Source: a virus
Length of the DNA stretch: 64,000 nt
Virus record (IMG/VR): IMGVR_UViG_3300002131_000090
Span: 1-64,000 of that record
Direction: 5' to 3' (one strand)
In this document: positions 36,714-46,559 of the stretch, one piece after another
Layout: each line of letters opens with the position of its first letter
Numbering within the stretch: the first letter of the stretch is position 1
Made by a program: the position numbers and the translations under genes
The notes under the pieces: model-generated
The model's input: the letters and a program-made list of their open reading frames with translations, nothing else
What the model was told of the DNA's origin: nothing
The model's database searches: none

Positions 36714-37229
36714 ATTAGTTATTTTGAAAATAGTTGGAAACCCAATTACGATAAATTTAAATATAGTGGATGGGCCCTTTTAGATAAAGTGCCAGAAGAC
36801 GCTACTATCCTCGATGTAGGGTGCGGATACAATCTTTTTAAACCGCATTTTAAAGAACGTCTATACGGAATTGACCCAGCAAACGATGCAGCAGATGAAC
36901 GAGTCGGAATTGACGAATTTAACTCTAGTAATCAGTGGGATATAGTTTTTTGCTTAGGTAGTTTAAACTTTGGCAAAGAAGATACAGTTTATAAACAAGT
37001 AGAAAAAACTGTAGCACTTACTAAACTTGGTGGTAAAATCTTTTGGAGATGTAACCCAGGTACAGGAGATCACCCGTGGAAAGGTGTAGAACAAATACAA
37101 TTTTTTCCATGGACTGAAGATTTACATTATACATGGGCAGAAAAACTAGACTGTACAGTTATAGAATGCAAATGGGATACTGGAAATCGAATTTACGCCG
37201 AATGGCAAAAAAATAAAAAGGAAAATTAA
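36705..37229 (+). CDS. Class I SAM-dependent methyltransferase
   Basis: ILDVGCG, GIDP, WDIVFCLGSLNF. Confidence 0.85.
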   Translation: MSLISYFENSWKPNYDKFKYSGWALLDKVPEDATILDVGCGYNLFKPHFKERLYGIDPANDAADERVGIDEFNSSNQWDIVFCLGSLNFGKEDTVYKQVEKTVALTKLGGKIFWRCNPGTGDHPWKGVEQIQFFPWTEDLHYTWAEKLDCTVIECKWDTGNRIYAEWQKNKKEN

Positions 37230-37232
37230 AAA

Positions 37233-38699
37233 ATGGATATAACGACATTGTTTCCGCTGTTTGAACCCACAGTTGGAATAGGAGTTTTATTAGTATATGG
37301 ACTATTTGCATTTGCTATGACTTATTGGTATAGCAAAGGTTACAATTCTGATAAAACTAGTTTCTTAGTTGCAAGACGTGAACTAGGAACTTTTCAAGGT
37401 AGTTTAAGTGTTGCAGCAGCATGGCTCTGGGCACCTGGACTATTTATTAGTACACAACAAGCGTATGTAAACGGACTGGTTGGACTGTTTTGGTTTTGTT
37501 TAGGCAACTTCTTAACACTAGGTGCATTTGCATACTTTGCAAAACTAATAAGAGATAGAGAACCAAATGGGTTTACATTTAGCGGATACTTGCGCACTCG
37601 TATGAGTCCAAGAGTACAATGGCTATTTGTTGTAGAAATGTTGATCCTTGCAGTTTGTGCATTTGCTATTAACTTGATTGCAGGATCAACTACTGTAGCA
37701 ACACTAACTGGTATTAACTATTCGCTTGCAACAGTGCTCATGGCTTCTATTGCAATACTTTATAGTTTCCGTACTGGTCTTAAAGCAACTGTTATTACAG
37801 AAGTTATTAAGATTATAGTTGTATGGACTGGTGTTATTATTCTTGTTCCATGGGCTATTAGTGCAGGCGGCGGCTGGGAGACAGTTGTGGCAGGGCTTGG
37901 CGGTAAGTCAGGTCAGGGTGCAAGTATATTTGGAACACCGTTTTCATGGGGTGTGTTTACTGGCTTTGGCGCGGCAGCGTTCTTAGGACATATGGGCGGA
38001 CCGTGGGGTGATAACAGTTTTTATCAACGTGCATTTAGTATTAAATCTAAAAGCATTATCCCTAGCTACATAATTGCTAGTTTTGTATTCATTGTAATTC
38101 CAATTATGATGGGACTACTAGGGTTCCTAGCAGCAGGCGCCGGACTGGAAATTCCGAACAACATGGTAGGCAATACTAATGCCATTGTTATTGGAACATA
38201 CTTACCAGGTTATGCAGCAATACTATTTGCATTTATGATCTTTGCGGGTCTTGTAAGTATACTTGATAGTCAGTTTGCAAGTGTAGCAAACATGACAGGA
38301 CATGACATTTATAACCAATTCAAACAAGGCAATGACGAAAACGGTGCAGTAACATATGCTCGTTACGGCATGATTGTACTAGTAATTGCAGCACTAATTG
38401 TTGCTAATCTACCAGGAATGAGTATGGTATATTTGTTCTTATTCTTTGCTATACTAAGAGCTGCTGTTTGGCTACCTAGTATGATTGCGTTATTACGCCC
38501 AACTTGGGTTACAGAAGCAGGAATGTTCTGGGGTATACTAATAGCAGCTATTCCAGGAGAATCAATGTACATATATGCTAAACTATATGGCGGCGGGAAT
38601 GATATTGCGTTTGCAGGTACATTGCTTGCTATATTTGGTGCTCCTTTGTTTACTTTGATTTTAAGTAAAAAGGACAGAGGATCAATTGCAGAAGCCTAA
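37233..38699 (+). CDS. Sodium:solute symporter family transporter
   Basis: ~13 TM helices; F.VA.R, S.AA.W.W, GLKA...T, YQR.F, S.LDS. Confidence 0.87.
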   Translation: MDITTLFPLFEPTVGIGVLLVYGLFAFAMTYWYSKGYNSDKTSFLVARRELGTFQGSLSVAAAWLWAPGLFISTQQAYVNGLVGLFWFCLGNFLTLGAFAYFAKLIRDREPNGFTFSGYLRTRMSPRVQWLFVVEMLILAVCAFAINLIAGSTTVATLTGINYSLATVLMASIAILYSFRTGLKATVITEVIKIIVVWTGVIILVPWAISAGGGWETVVAGLGGKSGQGASIFGTPFSWGVFTGFGAAAFLGHMGGPWGDNSFYQRAFSIKSKSIIPSYIIASFVFIVIPIMMGLLGFLAAGAGLEIPNNMVGNTNAIVIGTYLPGYAAILFAFMIFAGLVSILDSQFASVANMTGHDIYNQFKQGNDENGAVTYARYGMIVLVIAALIVANLPGMSMVYLFLFFAILRAAVWLPSMIALLRPTWVTEAGMFWGILIAAIPGESMYIYAKLYGGGNDIAFAGTLLAIFGAPLFTLILSKKDRGSIAEA

Positions 38700-39285
38700 A
38701 TTACTAATAGTTACCGGGCCACAGGGGTCCGGTAACCACTTGTTTAGTAAAATACTAAGCAAGCACCCTTTAGTACAAGGGTGGAGGATGCAGTCTTATT
38801 GGGAAGGGCATCATACAGAACCATTTAATGACTATTGGCAAAACCCAAACAACCTTGCAAACTTTGATTGGACACACCAATACTATTTTACTAGTATTAG
38901 CTGTCCGTATGTTAGAGATAAAAAGTTGCAAACTCCTAAATATCAAGAGTTTATAGAGTGTGCAAGCAAATACGCCGATATTAAAGTTGCTATTATAGGC
39001 AGAGATAAAACCATCTTAAATGTGCAGCAAACAAGAGTACGAAAACAGCCTACTACATCTATTGCATTAGACGCTTTTGAATACTTATTTAGACTAGATC
39101 ATGTGTTTATTTCACAGGAATTATATCAATTGTATGGAAATGCCTATTTACAGTCCGTTAGCAAGCAATTAGATTTTCCTATAGCTTATCAGGCAATTAA
39201 AGAGGACGCAAATTCTAAGTATATAAATACCATAGATGAACAACCACTAGACTTAGAGGTATTTAAAGCATGCAAGGAATCTTGA
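38686..39285 (+). CDS. P-loop sulfotransferase/kinase-like protein
   Basis: LIVTGPQGSGNHLFSKILS.HP, EP, IIGRD. Confidence 0.6.
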   Translation: MQKPKLLIVTGPQGSGNHLFSKILSKHPLVQGWRMQSYWEGHHTEPFNDYWQNPNNLANFDWTHQYYFTSISCPYVRDKKLQTPKYQEFIECASKYADIKVAIIGRDKTILNVQQTRVRKQPTTSIALDAFEYLFRLDHVFISQELYQLYGNAYLQSVSKQLDFPIAYQAIKEDANSKYINTIDEQPLDLEVFKACKES

Positions 39286-39893
39286 ATAACTATATATTAG
39301 TTACTGGCGCCCCAGGTAGTAAATGGAGCAGCGTTGTTAAAAATATTTATTGGAGTAAAGACGTTGATCAGTCTGATTATTCTGAAGAACGAACCTATTG
39401 GCACGACGCTGATACTCCGGGTACACCTCAGCTAATGCATATAGGCGCATACTGGGACCCAGGAATGGAGTTTGCTATATACGACTGGGACAGCCCTTTT
39501 ACAGGTCATGGCACACGAATTATAAAATCACATACTTTTGCTCATCAATTAGAGCATTTTAAAGATCCAGGTTTTATACAAAAACCACAGTTATACCCGA
39601 TAGTTATGGTTTATAGAAATGATTATGAATGTTATGAGTGGTGGAAACTATGTGGAGAGTTTAACATTACTTATCCACTATATGATCTTTACTATAAAAA
39701 TTTAGATAATATGTGGTTAGAAATTCAAAAACAAAATAAAGATATTTTAACATTTTGTAAAAATAACAAAGATAGAATAACAAGAGTACTAGATAATTAC
39801 CATTTAGCAGATACTATAAACATTACTAGAGAAGGTATTAAAACTAGACATGACTATAAAGCAAAGGGTATAGAAGTATATGTATACAAGTAA
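39270..39893 (+). CDS. P-loop sulfotransferase/kinase-like protein
   Basis: ILVTGAPGSKWS, IIKSH, IVMVYR. Confidence 0.6.
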   Translation: MQGILNNYILVTGAPGSKWSSVVKNIYWSKDVDQSDYSEERTYWHDADTPGTPQLMHIGAYWDPGMEFAIYDWDSPFTGHGTRIIKSHTFAHQLEHFKDPGFIQKPQLYPIVMVYRNDYECYEWWKLCGEFNITYPLYDLYYKNLDNMWLEIQKQNKDILTFCKNNKDRITRVLDNYHLADTINITREGIKTRHDYKAKGIEVYVYK

Positions 39894-40530
39894 TTGGGAA
39901 TCAGGTAAAGCACAAAGTGATTATCACTTTGATTGGAAACGACACGAATTAGCAGGACACGATTTTCGTTGGGTTGGACGTTTTAACGGTGAATGGAATG
40001 TTGAATTAGACGAAATTAAAAAACAAGCGCACCCAAAGACTTGGGGGTCAAGAGGTAAGCAATATCACCCAGCTCATCCTGATTTGATTGCAGAAGAAAA
40101 CGATCTTGTTAATGCAGGCATGAGTAAGGACGTAGTTATATTTCGTAAACACTTTGAGTTTGAAGGAATTTGGCGTAATATGATCGATAGTCTCGGAATG
40201 ACTGATACAAAACAAGCATTTCATATACAGTACCCGGGAGAAATGTTAAACTTACATATCGACAAACAATATGAAATGAACGACGATCCTTATAAAGTTG
40301 CTCGCTTTTTTATATTTTTAGAAGACTGGAAACCAGGACAATTTCTGCAAATGGGTACTAGTTTTATGCAATGGCGCAAAGGCGACATTGTATGGTTTGA
40401 TTGGCGTAACATGCCACATGCTAGTGCAAATGCAGGATGGGACCCTCGTTGTCTAATTCAAATTACTGGAACAACGACTCGTATTACCGAAGAATTATTA
40501 TTGGGCAAAGTTAAAATAATTACTTTATAA
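39880..40530 (+). CDS. 2OG-Fe(II) oxygenase-like protein
   Basis: Q.PG....HID, RFFIFL.DW..G, PH.SAN....R. Confidence 0.72.
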   Translation: MYTSNWESGKAQSDYHFDWKRHELAGHDFRWVGRFNGEWNVELDEIKKQAHPKTWGSRGKQYHPAHPDLIAEENDLVNAGMSKDVVIFRKHFEFEGIWRNMIDSLGMTDTKQAFHIQYPGEMLNLHIDKQYEMNDDPYKVARFFIFLEDWKPGQFLQMGTSFMQWRKGDIVWFDWRNMPHASANAGWDPRCLIQITGTTTRITEELLLGKVKIITL

Positions 40531-40535
40531 AACTC

Positions 40536-40564
40536 TTGACAACTAATCAATATTGTATTATAAT
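40536..40564 (+). promoter_or_regulatory. Consensus sigma70 promoter
   Basis: TTGACA-17-TATAAT. Confidence 0.8.
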
Positions 40565-40584
40565 AAAACAAATAGGAGATAGCT

Positions 40585-40989
40585 GTGAAAAATTGGCTTA
40601 AAAAAATAACAGGAATTGCTGTTAAAGAAGAAGCGTTAGCTCAAGAACAAGCAATACTAGAAGAAGAAAAACTTGAACTTCTTCGTAAAAAAGACCCTAA
40701 AGAGTATGCTACTAAAAAAGGAGAACCTTGGGTTAGTGTACTCGACGTTAAACTAAACGACGAAAATGTTCGTAATGGATTTTTTGAATTAGACTGGAAT
40801 GAAATCTTTATAAAGCAATTAATTGCAGCAGGATACGGCGAAGAAGCTGATCCTCAAGAAGAAGTTGTAGATCGTTGGTTTAGAGATATTGTTTATAATA
40901 TGTTAGACGAAGAAGGACTTGACACTTCTAGAGGAAGTGGTTATATTAATGTAGTACCAATCTCAAAAGGCAAAAGCGAAGTATCATGA
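40585..40989 (+). CDS. Hypothetical phage protein
   Basis: AGGAG SD with GTG start; EPWV, GFFELDWN. Confidence 0.75.
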   Translation: MKNWLKKITGIAVKEEALAQEQAILEEEKLELLRKKDPKEYATKKGEPWVSVLDVKLNDENVRNGFFELDWNEIFIKQLIAAGYGEEADPQEEVVDRWFRDIVYNMLDEEGLDTSRGSGYINVVPISKGKSEVS

Positions 40990-41969
40990 GCACTTATATT
41001 TTAGTAGACACAGCAAACACTTTCTTTAGAGCTCGTCACGTAGTACGTGGCGATATCGATACAAAGGTAGGCATGGCACTACACATTACACTAAATAGTG
41101 TAAAGAAAGCATGGACTGACTTTAATGCAGATCATGTTGTATTCTGTTTAGAAGGACGCAGTTGGCGCAAAGACTATTACGAGCCCTACAAACGTAACAG
41201 ACAAGTTGCACGGGACGCTCTTACTGTGCGTGAGCAGGAAGAAGATACAGCGTTCTGGGAAATCTTTGACGAGTTTAAAAACTTTGTATCTGAGAAGACT
41301 AACTGTACTGTTATGCGTCATCCGCAACTAGAAGCAGATGATTTGATTGCAGGTTGGGTACAAGCACATCCTAATGATAATCATGTTATTATTAGTACAG
41401 ACGGTGACTTTGCACAGCTTATTAGTCCTCGTGTACGTCAGTACAACGGTGTTGCTAATATGACTATCACACACGAAGGTTACTTTGACGACAAAGGCAA
41501 GCCTGTAATTGACAAGAAGACTAAAGAAGCAAAGCCTGCGCCTAATCCTGCATTTATGTTGTTTGAGAAATGTATGCGTGGTGATACTAGTGATAATGTC
41601 TTTAGTGCATATCCTGGTGTTAGAACCAAAGGCACTAAGAACAAGATTGGTCTTACAGAAGCATTTGCTGATAAACATACAAAAGGGTTTAGTTGGAACA
41701 ACATGATGCTACAACGTTGGGTAGATCACAACGGGGTCGAACATCGTGTGTTAGACGACTATAATCGTAACGTTGTTTTGTGCGATTTAACTGCGCAACC
41801 TATTGATATTAAAAGTTTAATAAACGAAACTATAAACAATGTAGAATCTAAAGAAATTGCACAAGTTGGAATGAAACTTATGAAATTTTGTGCTAAATGG
41901 GATATGCAACGTATTGCAGATCATGCAGCGCAGTATGCAGAACCGTTAAATGCAAGGTATGTAAAATGA
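40986..41969 (+). CDS. T4 RNase H-like 5'-3' exonuclease
   Basis: LVD..N, WRK..Y..YK.NR, EADD, STDGDF.QL, GDTSDNV. Confidence 0.92.
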   Translation: MSTYILVDTANTFFRARHVVRGDIDTKVGMALHITLNSVKKAWTDFNADHVVFCLEGRSWRKDYYEPYKRNRQVARDALTVREQEEDTAFWEIFDEFKNFVSEKTNCTVMRHPQLEADDLIAGWVQAHPNDNHVIISTDGDFAQLISPRVRQYNGVANMTITHEGYFDDKGKPVIDKKTKEAKPAPNPAFMLFEKCMRGDTSDNVFSAYPGVRTKGTKNKIGLTEAFADKHTKGFSWNNMMLQRWVDHNGVEHRVLDDYNRNVVLCDLTAQPIDIKSLINETINNVESKEIAQVGMKLMKFCAKWDMQRIADHAAQYAEPLNARYVK

Positions 41970-42451
41970 AAGAACAAAAAATTATAGTTAAACCTATATT
42001 AGAGGATAAATTTTGGATTGTAGAAGATTCAGGAGTGCGTATAGGCACACTTAGTAAAGACAATGACACATACGTTTATTCAAGTAAAGGAAAAGTTTCT
42101 TTATATGCAAACGAAAGTCAATTAACTAAGAAGTTTGGAAAAAACTTTCTAACTGCAAAAATTATAAAAAATAACAGCAATAATAGTAATTTTGATGTTA
42201 ACGGGTATACAACTAGATCAAATCCGTATAACAGCATGTATGATATATCTCGAAAGTTACCATTATTCACCAAAAGTCCCAAAAGCACAAGCATTTACTG
42301 TGCAGGGTACTATTTGGTTAAATTTAATGTTAATTGGCTTCGGAGTTTTTGTCCTAAACTAATTACAGTTGAACGTAATGAATATATAGGACCTTTTAAA
42401 ACAGAACTAGAAATGAAAGCAGCACTGAGTAATGTCAATCGATCCAATTAA
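41966..42451 (+). CDS. Hypothetical phage protein
   Basis: ATGA overlap with the RNase H stop; PLFTK..KS....AGYY, FCPK, GPFKT. Confidence 0.7.
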   Translation: MKEQKIIVKPILEDKFWIVEDSGVRIGTLSKDNDTYVYSSKGKVSLYANESQLTKKFGKNFLTAKIIKNNSNNSNFDVNGYTTRSNPYNSMYDISRKLPLFTKSPKSTSIYCAGYYLVKFNVNWLRSFCPKLITVERNEYIGPFKTELEMKAALSNVNRSN

Positions 42452-42677
42452 CACTATACCAATACAGCAATTTATACAACAAGTAAAATCAGCAGACTCA
42501 ACTAATCAAAAAGAAATACGTTTAACTATAGTAGATGCTAAAAATCTTGCATTTACATTAGGAATTGTTATGAGTAGATTACAAGGTGATTTAGAAAAAC
42601 TTGTAAAAGAAAATGCCGGGGCAGGAGTTGACGACTTAATAAAGGTTGAAATAGGATCAACTAGTAGTAACTGGTGA
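42432..42677 (+). CDS. Hypothetical phage protein
   Basis: 81-aa helical ORF. Confidence 0.65.
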   Translation: MSIDPINTIPIQQFIQQVKSADSTNQKEIRLTIVDAKNLAFTLGIVMSRLQGDLEKLVKENAGAGVDDLIKVEIGSTSSNW

Positions 42678-42695
42678 ATTATCTAATCCAAATTT

Positions 42696-42703
42696 GATAA
42701 ATA
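42696..42703 (+). promoter_or_regulatory. Putative late promoter (GATAAATA)
   Basis: Intergenic, 33 nt before ATG 42736. Confidence 0.55.
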
Positions 42704-42735
42704 TATACGTAGTTAATTAAAGGACAACGTATACC

Positions 42736-43023
42736 ATGTCTAGACCAAAACCAAAAGTGTTATTAGAATACACCAATAATCGTAATTATAAAACAGAACA
42801 AGTGTTAGATGCAGAAGCAATATGGGCAGTTTTTTATAAAAAACAGCCGTTCAATCTTAAAAGTTCTAATAGTTTAACAAGTTATCCAGGTCCTAAATAT
42901 AAAAAAACCAGTTTCTCAAATCCAGGTCATGCTATTAACTTGGCTAAAAAATTAAATTCTACATTTAAAACCAAAGACTTCGGTGTGTATAAACTAACTT
43001 CGGGCGAAGAAATACAAGAATAA
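42736..43023 (+). CDS. Basic hypothetical phage protein
   Basis: MSRPKP, KYKK.SFSN.GHA.NLA.KLN. Confidence 0.75.
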   Translation: MSRPKPKVLLEYTNNRNYKTEQVLDAEAIWAVFYKKQPFNLKSSNSLTSYPGPKYKKTSFSNPGHAINLAKKLNSTFKTKDFGVYKLTSGEEIQE

Positions 43024-43397
43024 TGAATAAAATTGTCTATACTAAAGTCTTTTTGAAAGAACTAGATAAAAGTACAAATGATGTAGAAGTAAAAGGGTAT
43101 TTGCCATTATGGTGGCAAAATACTAGAGAGAATGGTGGACTAAGGTTAACCGAAGAAGGATTTAATATAATAAATCAAATTGAGTTAACTATGTATGACA
43201 TTCCGTTTCCGTTAGATATGCCAATCACCTCCCAAGTTATAATATTTTTAGACAAATTTATAGACTGCCCTTACTATGTAACCAAAACTAGTATTTGGGT
43301 TACTGGAGAGAGAAAAGCAGTAGAGTTAACTCTATTTTCAGGAGACATCAGAAAGTATGGGCTTGCAAAAGCATTATCGAGATCAAAAGATATTTAA
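43023..43397 (+). CDS. Hypothetical phage protein
   Basis: WW.N.R..GGLRLT..G; CPYY. Confidence 0.7.
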   Translation: MNKIVYTKVFLKELDKSTNDVEVKGYLPLWWQNTRENGGLRLTEEGFNIINQIELTMYDIPFPLDMPITSQVIIFLDKFIDCPYYVTKTSIWVTGERKAVELTLFSGDIRKYGLAKALSRSKDI

Positions 43398-43431
43398 TTT
43401 AAACTTTTCTGAAAAATAACAAAAAAAACAG

Positions 43432-43476
43432 TTGACATTAACCCTAGATAATGTTATAAACGTACATAGGCACTGA
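43432..43476 (+). promoter_or_regulatory. Sigma70-type promoter with downstream ATAGGCACTGA box
   Basis: TTGACA-17-TATAAA; box also present at 44684. Confidence 0.6.
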
Positions 43477-43500
43477 TTAACAACATAGAAGGAATACAGA

Positions 43501-44586
43501 ATGTCCGACAATACTCGCACCGTTAGTCCGAACAAAGCTAAAAACGCAATTCGTCATGCAATGCTTAAAAAACGTCCACTGTTCCTCTGGGGTCCTCCAG
43601 GAATTGGTAAATCTGATATTGTAGCACAAATCTGCGAGAGCTTTACTAATAGTTATCTTATTGATATTCGTTTGTCGCTTTGGGAGCCTACAGACATTAA
43701 AGGTATTCCGTATTTTGATAGCAACTCGGGTACAATGGTTTGGGGTGCGCCTTCGGAACTTCCTACACAAGAATTTGCAAAACAGTACGATACAATTGTA
43801 CTTTTCCTAGACGAAATGAACTCAGCGGCTCCTGCTGTACAAGCAGCAGCATATCAGTTGATTTTGAATCGTAAAGTTGGCACTTATAAACTGCCAGACA
43901 ATGTAATGATTGTTGCAGCAGGTAACAGAGAAGCAGACAAAGGTGTTACGTATCGTATGCCTGCTCCGTTGTCTAACCGTTTTGTTCACTTAGAACTTTC
44001 TGTAGACTTCGACGATTGGTTTCAATGGAGTATTGACAATAAAATTCACAAGGACGTAGTTGGTTTCTTAACATTTAGTAAGAAAGACCTATACGACTTT
44101 GATCCACGTTCTCCTAGTCGTTCGTTTGCAACTCCACGTAGTTGGTCGTTTGTTAGCGAACTACTTGAAGATGACTTAGACGAAGCTACTACCACTGACC
44201 TAGTTGCAGGTGCAGTAGGTGAAGGGCTTGCGGTTAAGTTTATGGCTCACCGTAAGGTTGCTAGTAGTATGCCAAACCCGTCTGATATTTTAGACGGTAA
44301 GGTAAAAGAGATGAAATCTAAAGAAATCAGTGCCATGTATTCCTTAACGGTTTCGCTTTGCTACGAACTTAAAGAAGCAGCAGATAAAAACGATAAGAAG
44401 TTTGATAACAAAGTACATAACTTCTTACGTTTTGCAATGGATAACTTTGAAACAGAACTAATTGTTATGGGTATTAAACTTGCCCTTACGCAATATGCTC
44501 TGCCAATTGATCCAGATTCCGTTGAATGCTTTGATGAGTTCCATGAGCGCTACGGCAAGTATATTAAAGCAGCTCAAAGTTCTTAA
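43501..44586 (+). CDS. MoxR-type AAA+ ATPase
   Basis: GPPGIGKS, LFLDE, AAGN, PL.NRF, TPRSW. Confidence 0.9.
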   Translation: MSDNTRTVSPNKAKNAIRHAMLKKRPLFLWGPPGIGKSDIVAQICESFTNSYLIDIRLSLWEPTDIKGIPYFDSNSGTMVWGAPSELPTQEFAKQYDTIVLFLDEMNSAAPAVQAAAYQLILNRKVGTYKLPDNVMIVAAGNREADKGVTYRMPAPLSNRFVHLELSVDFDDWFQWSIDNKIHKDVVGFLTFSKKDLYDFDPRSPSRSFATPRSWSFVSELLEDDLDEATTTDLVAGAVGEGLAVKFMAHRKVASSMPNPSDILDGKVKEMKSKEISAMYSLTVSLCYELKEAADKNDKKFDNKVHNFLRFAMDNFETELIVMGIKLALTQYALPIDPDSVECFDEFHERYGKYIKAAQSS

Positions 44587-44603
44587 TATACAGCAGAGTC
44601 ATA

Positions 44604-44638
44604 GGAATAGGCAGCAATTCGGAGATGCTGCCTATTCT
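44604..44638. other. Strong intergenic hairpin (terminator or processing site)
   Basis: GAATAGGCAGCA-9 nt-TGCTGCCTATTC, no clear U-tract. Confidence 0.6.
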
Positions 44639-44650
44639 ACTATTATGAGG

Positions 44651-44694
44651 TTGACATTATGATTAAATATGTTATATTATAGTATAGGCACTGA
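44651..44694 (+). promoter_or_regulatory. Sigma70-type promoter with downstream ATAGGCACTGA box
   Basis: GTTGACATTA...ATGTTATA...ATAGGCACTGA, as at 43431. Confidence 0.55.
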
Positions 44695-44708
44695 AAAAGA
44701 GGTACATT

Positions 44709-45992
44709 ATGTCTGTTAAAAAAACTGCTAGTAAAATTAAAAACTGGGAACCAAATCCTAATCTTACTACAGAAGAACTAGAAACAATGCGTGTAGAAGT
44801 GCTCGATCGTATTGTTATAGCTCGAGTTGGGCTATTGCTTCGTCATCCGTTTTTTGGAAATATGGCAACACGTCTAAAAATACAAGCTGCTGACGAATGG
44901 TGCCCTACTGCTGCGGTAGACGGCCGTACACTTTATTTTAACACTCAATTTTTTAATGCTATGAACAATAAAGAAGTTGAGTTTGTTATTGCTCACGAAA
45001 TTCTGCATTGTGTATTTGATCACTTAGGACGTCGAGATCAGCGTAATCCTAAATTGTATAACATTGCTGCTGACTACATTGTAAACAATCTACTTGTACG
45101 TGATCGAATTGGTGCAAAACCTAAAGTTGTCAATTGTTACCAAGATTTTAAATATGATAAGTGGACTAGTGAAGAAGTATACGAAGACTTGTTTAAACAA
45201 GCAGAAAAAAACGGACAAGACTATCTTGACCAACTAGGCGAAATGCTAGATGAACATTTGGATTTAGAAGGCGATGGCAGCGACGATGGCGATAACAAAG
45301 ATGGCAAAAGTGGCCGTCCCCGTTACAGTAAAGCAGAACTTGATCAGATTAAAGACGAGATCAAAGAAGCTATGTTGAGCGCTGCTCAAGCTGCCGGTGC
45401 AGGTAATACACCTGGTGAGATTGCCCGTATGATTAAAGATCTAACAGAGCCAAAAATGAACTGGCGTGAACTACTACGTCAGCAAATCCAAAGTACTGTA
45501 CGCAACGATTATACATTTAGTCGTCCTAGCCGTAAGGGACAAATGACTGGTGCTATTTTGCCAGGTATGAACTTTGATGAAACTATTGACATTTGCATTG
45601 CACTTGATATGAGCGGATCAATTGGCGACGAGCAAGCACGTGACTTCTTAAGCGAAATTAAAGGCATTATGGACGAATATAAAGACTACAACATTAAATT
45701 GTGGTGCTTTGATACTAAAGTGTATAACGAGCAAGACTTTAGTGCAGACGGCGGCGATGATTTGATGGACTATGAGATCAAAGGCGGCGGTGGCACTGAC
45801 TTTGATGCTAACTGGACATATATGAAAGAAGAAGGCATTGAGCCTAAGAAGTTCATTATGTTTACAGATGGATATCCCTGGAGTAGTTGGGGTGATGAGA
45901 ATTATTGCGACACAATCTTTATTGTCCATAGTCACCCTAACAAAAATCTAGAAGCACCGTTTGGAATGACAGCACACTATGATGCGGCATAG
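44709..45992 (+). CDS. Metallopeptidase-like (HExxH) plus VWA domain protein, MoxR partner
   Basis: TAAVDG, HEILH, DMSGS, GGGGTDF, FTDG. Confidence 0.88.
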   Translation: MSVKKTASKIKNWEPNPNLTTEELETMRVEVLDRIVIARVGLLLRHPFFGNMATRLKIQAADEWCPTAAVDGRTLYFNTQFFNAMNNKEVEFVIAHEILHCVFDHLGRRDQRNPKLYNIAADYIVNNLLVRDRIGAKPKVVNCYQDFKYDKWTSEEVYEDLFKQAEKNGQDYLDQLGEMLDEHLDLEGDGSDDGDNKDGKSGRPRYSKAELDQIKDEIKEAMLSAAQAAGAGNTPGEIARMIKDLTEPKMNWRELLRQQIQSTVRNDYTFSRPSRKGQMTGAILPGMNFDETIDICIALDMSGSIGDEQARDFLSEIKGIMDEYKDYNIKLWCFDTKVYNEQDFSADGGDDLMDYEIKGGGGTDFDANWTYMKEEGIEPKKFIMFTDGYPWSSWGDENYCDTIFIVHSHPNKNLEAPFGMTAHYDAA

Positions 45993-46278
45993 AGAAAAAA
46001 CTATAAACCCATTAAATGTTTTAAAAATAAGGAAGGTAGAGTTCTGTCCTCCTTATTTTGAAACTATAACTATAGAACTAACTTACAATCTATCAAAGGC
46101 ATTAAACGAATGGATATTTGATAATCTTTCAGGAAGATATTATATAGGAGATTCGATAGGATTGCAAGACAATGACTTTGATAAGAAAATACATAGAAAA
46201 ATAAAAGTAGGTTTTGAAAATTCTAAAGAGATGAGTTACTTTATGTTAGCTTGTCCACTTTTGAAATACAACAAATAA
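45979..46278 (+). CDS. Hypothetical phage protein
   Basis: NPLN...R, WI..NL.GRY, GFE...E..YF.L. Confidence 0.7.
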   Translation: MMRHREKTINPLNVLKIRKVEFCPPYFETITIELTYNLSKALNEWIFDNLSGRYYIGDSIGLQDNDFDKKIHRKIKVGFENSKEMSYFMLACPLLKYNK

Positions 46279-46312
46279 AAATAGCATATATAATTTATAA
46301 AAGGAGAAAAGT

Positions 46313-46558
46313 ATGTCTACCCAACCACAACCGGATAACACTAACGAGTTAACAATTCAAGATTTAGCCCTTATGAAAGGTATTATTGATCTTGCAAGTG
46401 AACGCAGTGCGTTTAAACCTGCCGAAATGGCAGCAGTTGGTACAATCTACAATAAACTAACTAACTTTTTAAAAGTTGTAGAAGAGCAATCAAAAGCAGC
46501 ACAAGCAGCACAAGCAGCACAAGTAGAAGATGCAGCACCAGAAAGTGTAGAGGAATAA
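46313..46558 (+). CDS. Hypothetical phage protein
   Basis: L.I.DL.....ID.A..R.AF...E...VG..Y; AGGAG SD; short AAQ x3 repeat. Confidence 0.75.
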   Translation: MSTQPQPDNTNELTIQDLALMKGIIDLASERSAFKPAEMAAVGTIYNKLTNFLKVVEEQSKAAQAAQAAQVEDAAPESVEE

Positions 46559-46559
46559 C

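Noticed and set aside
46494-46523. 9-bp tandem repeat AAGCAGCAC x3
   Set aside because: Encodes a low-complexity AAQ linker; not CRISPR-like or regulatory
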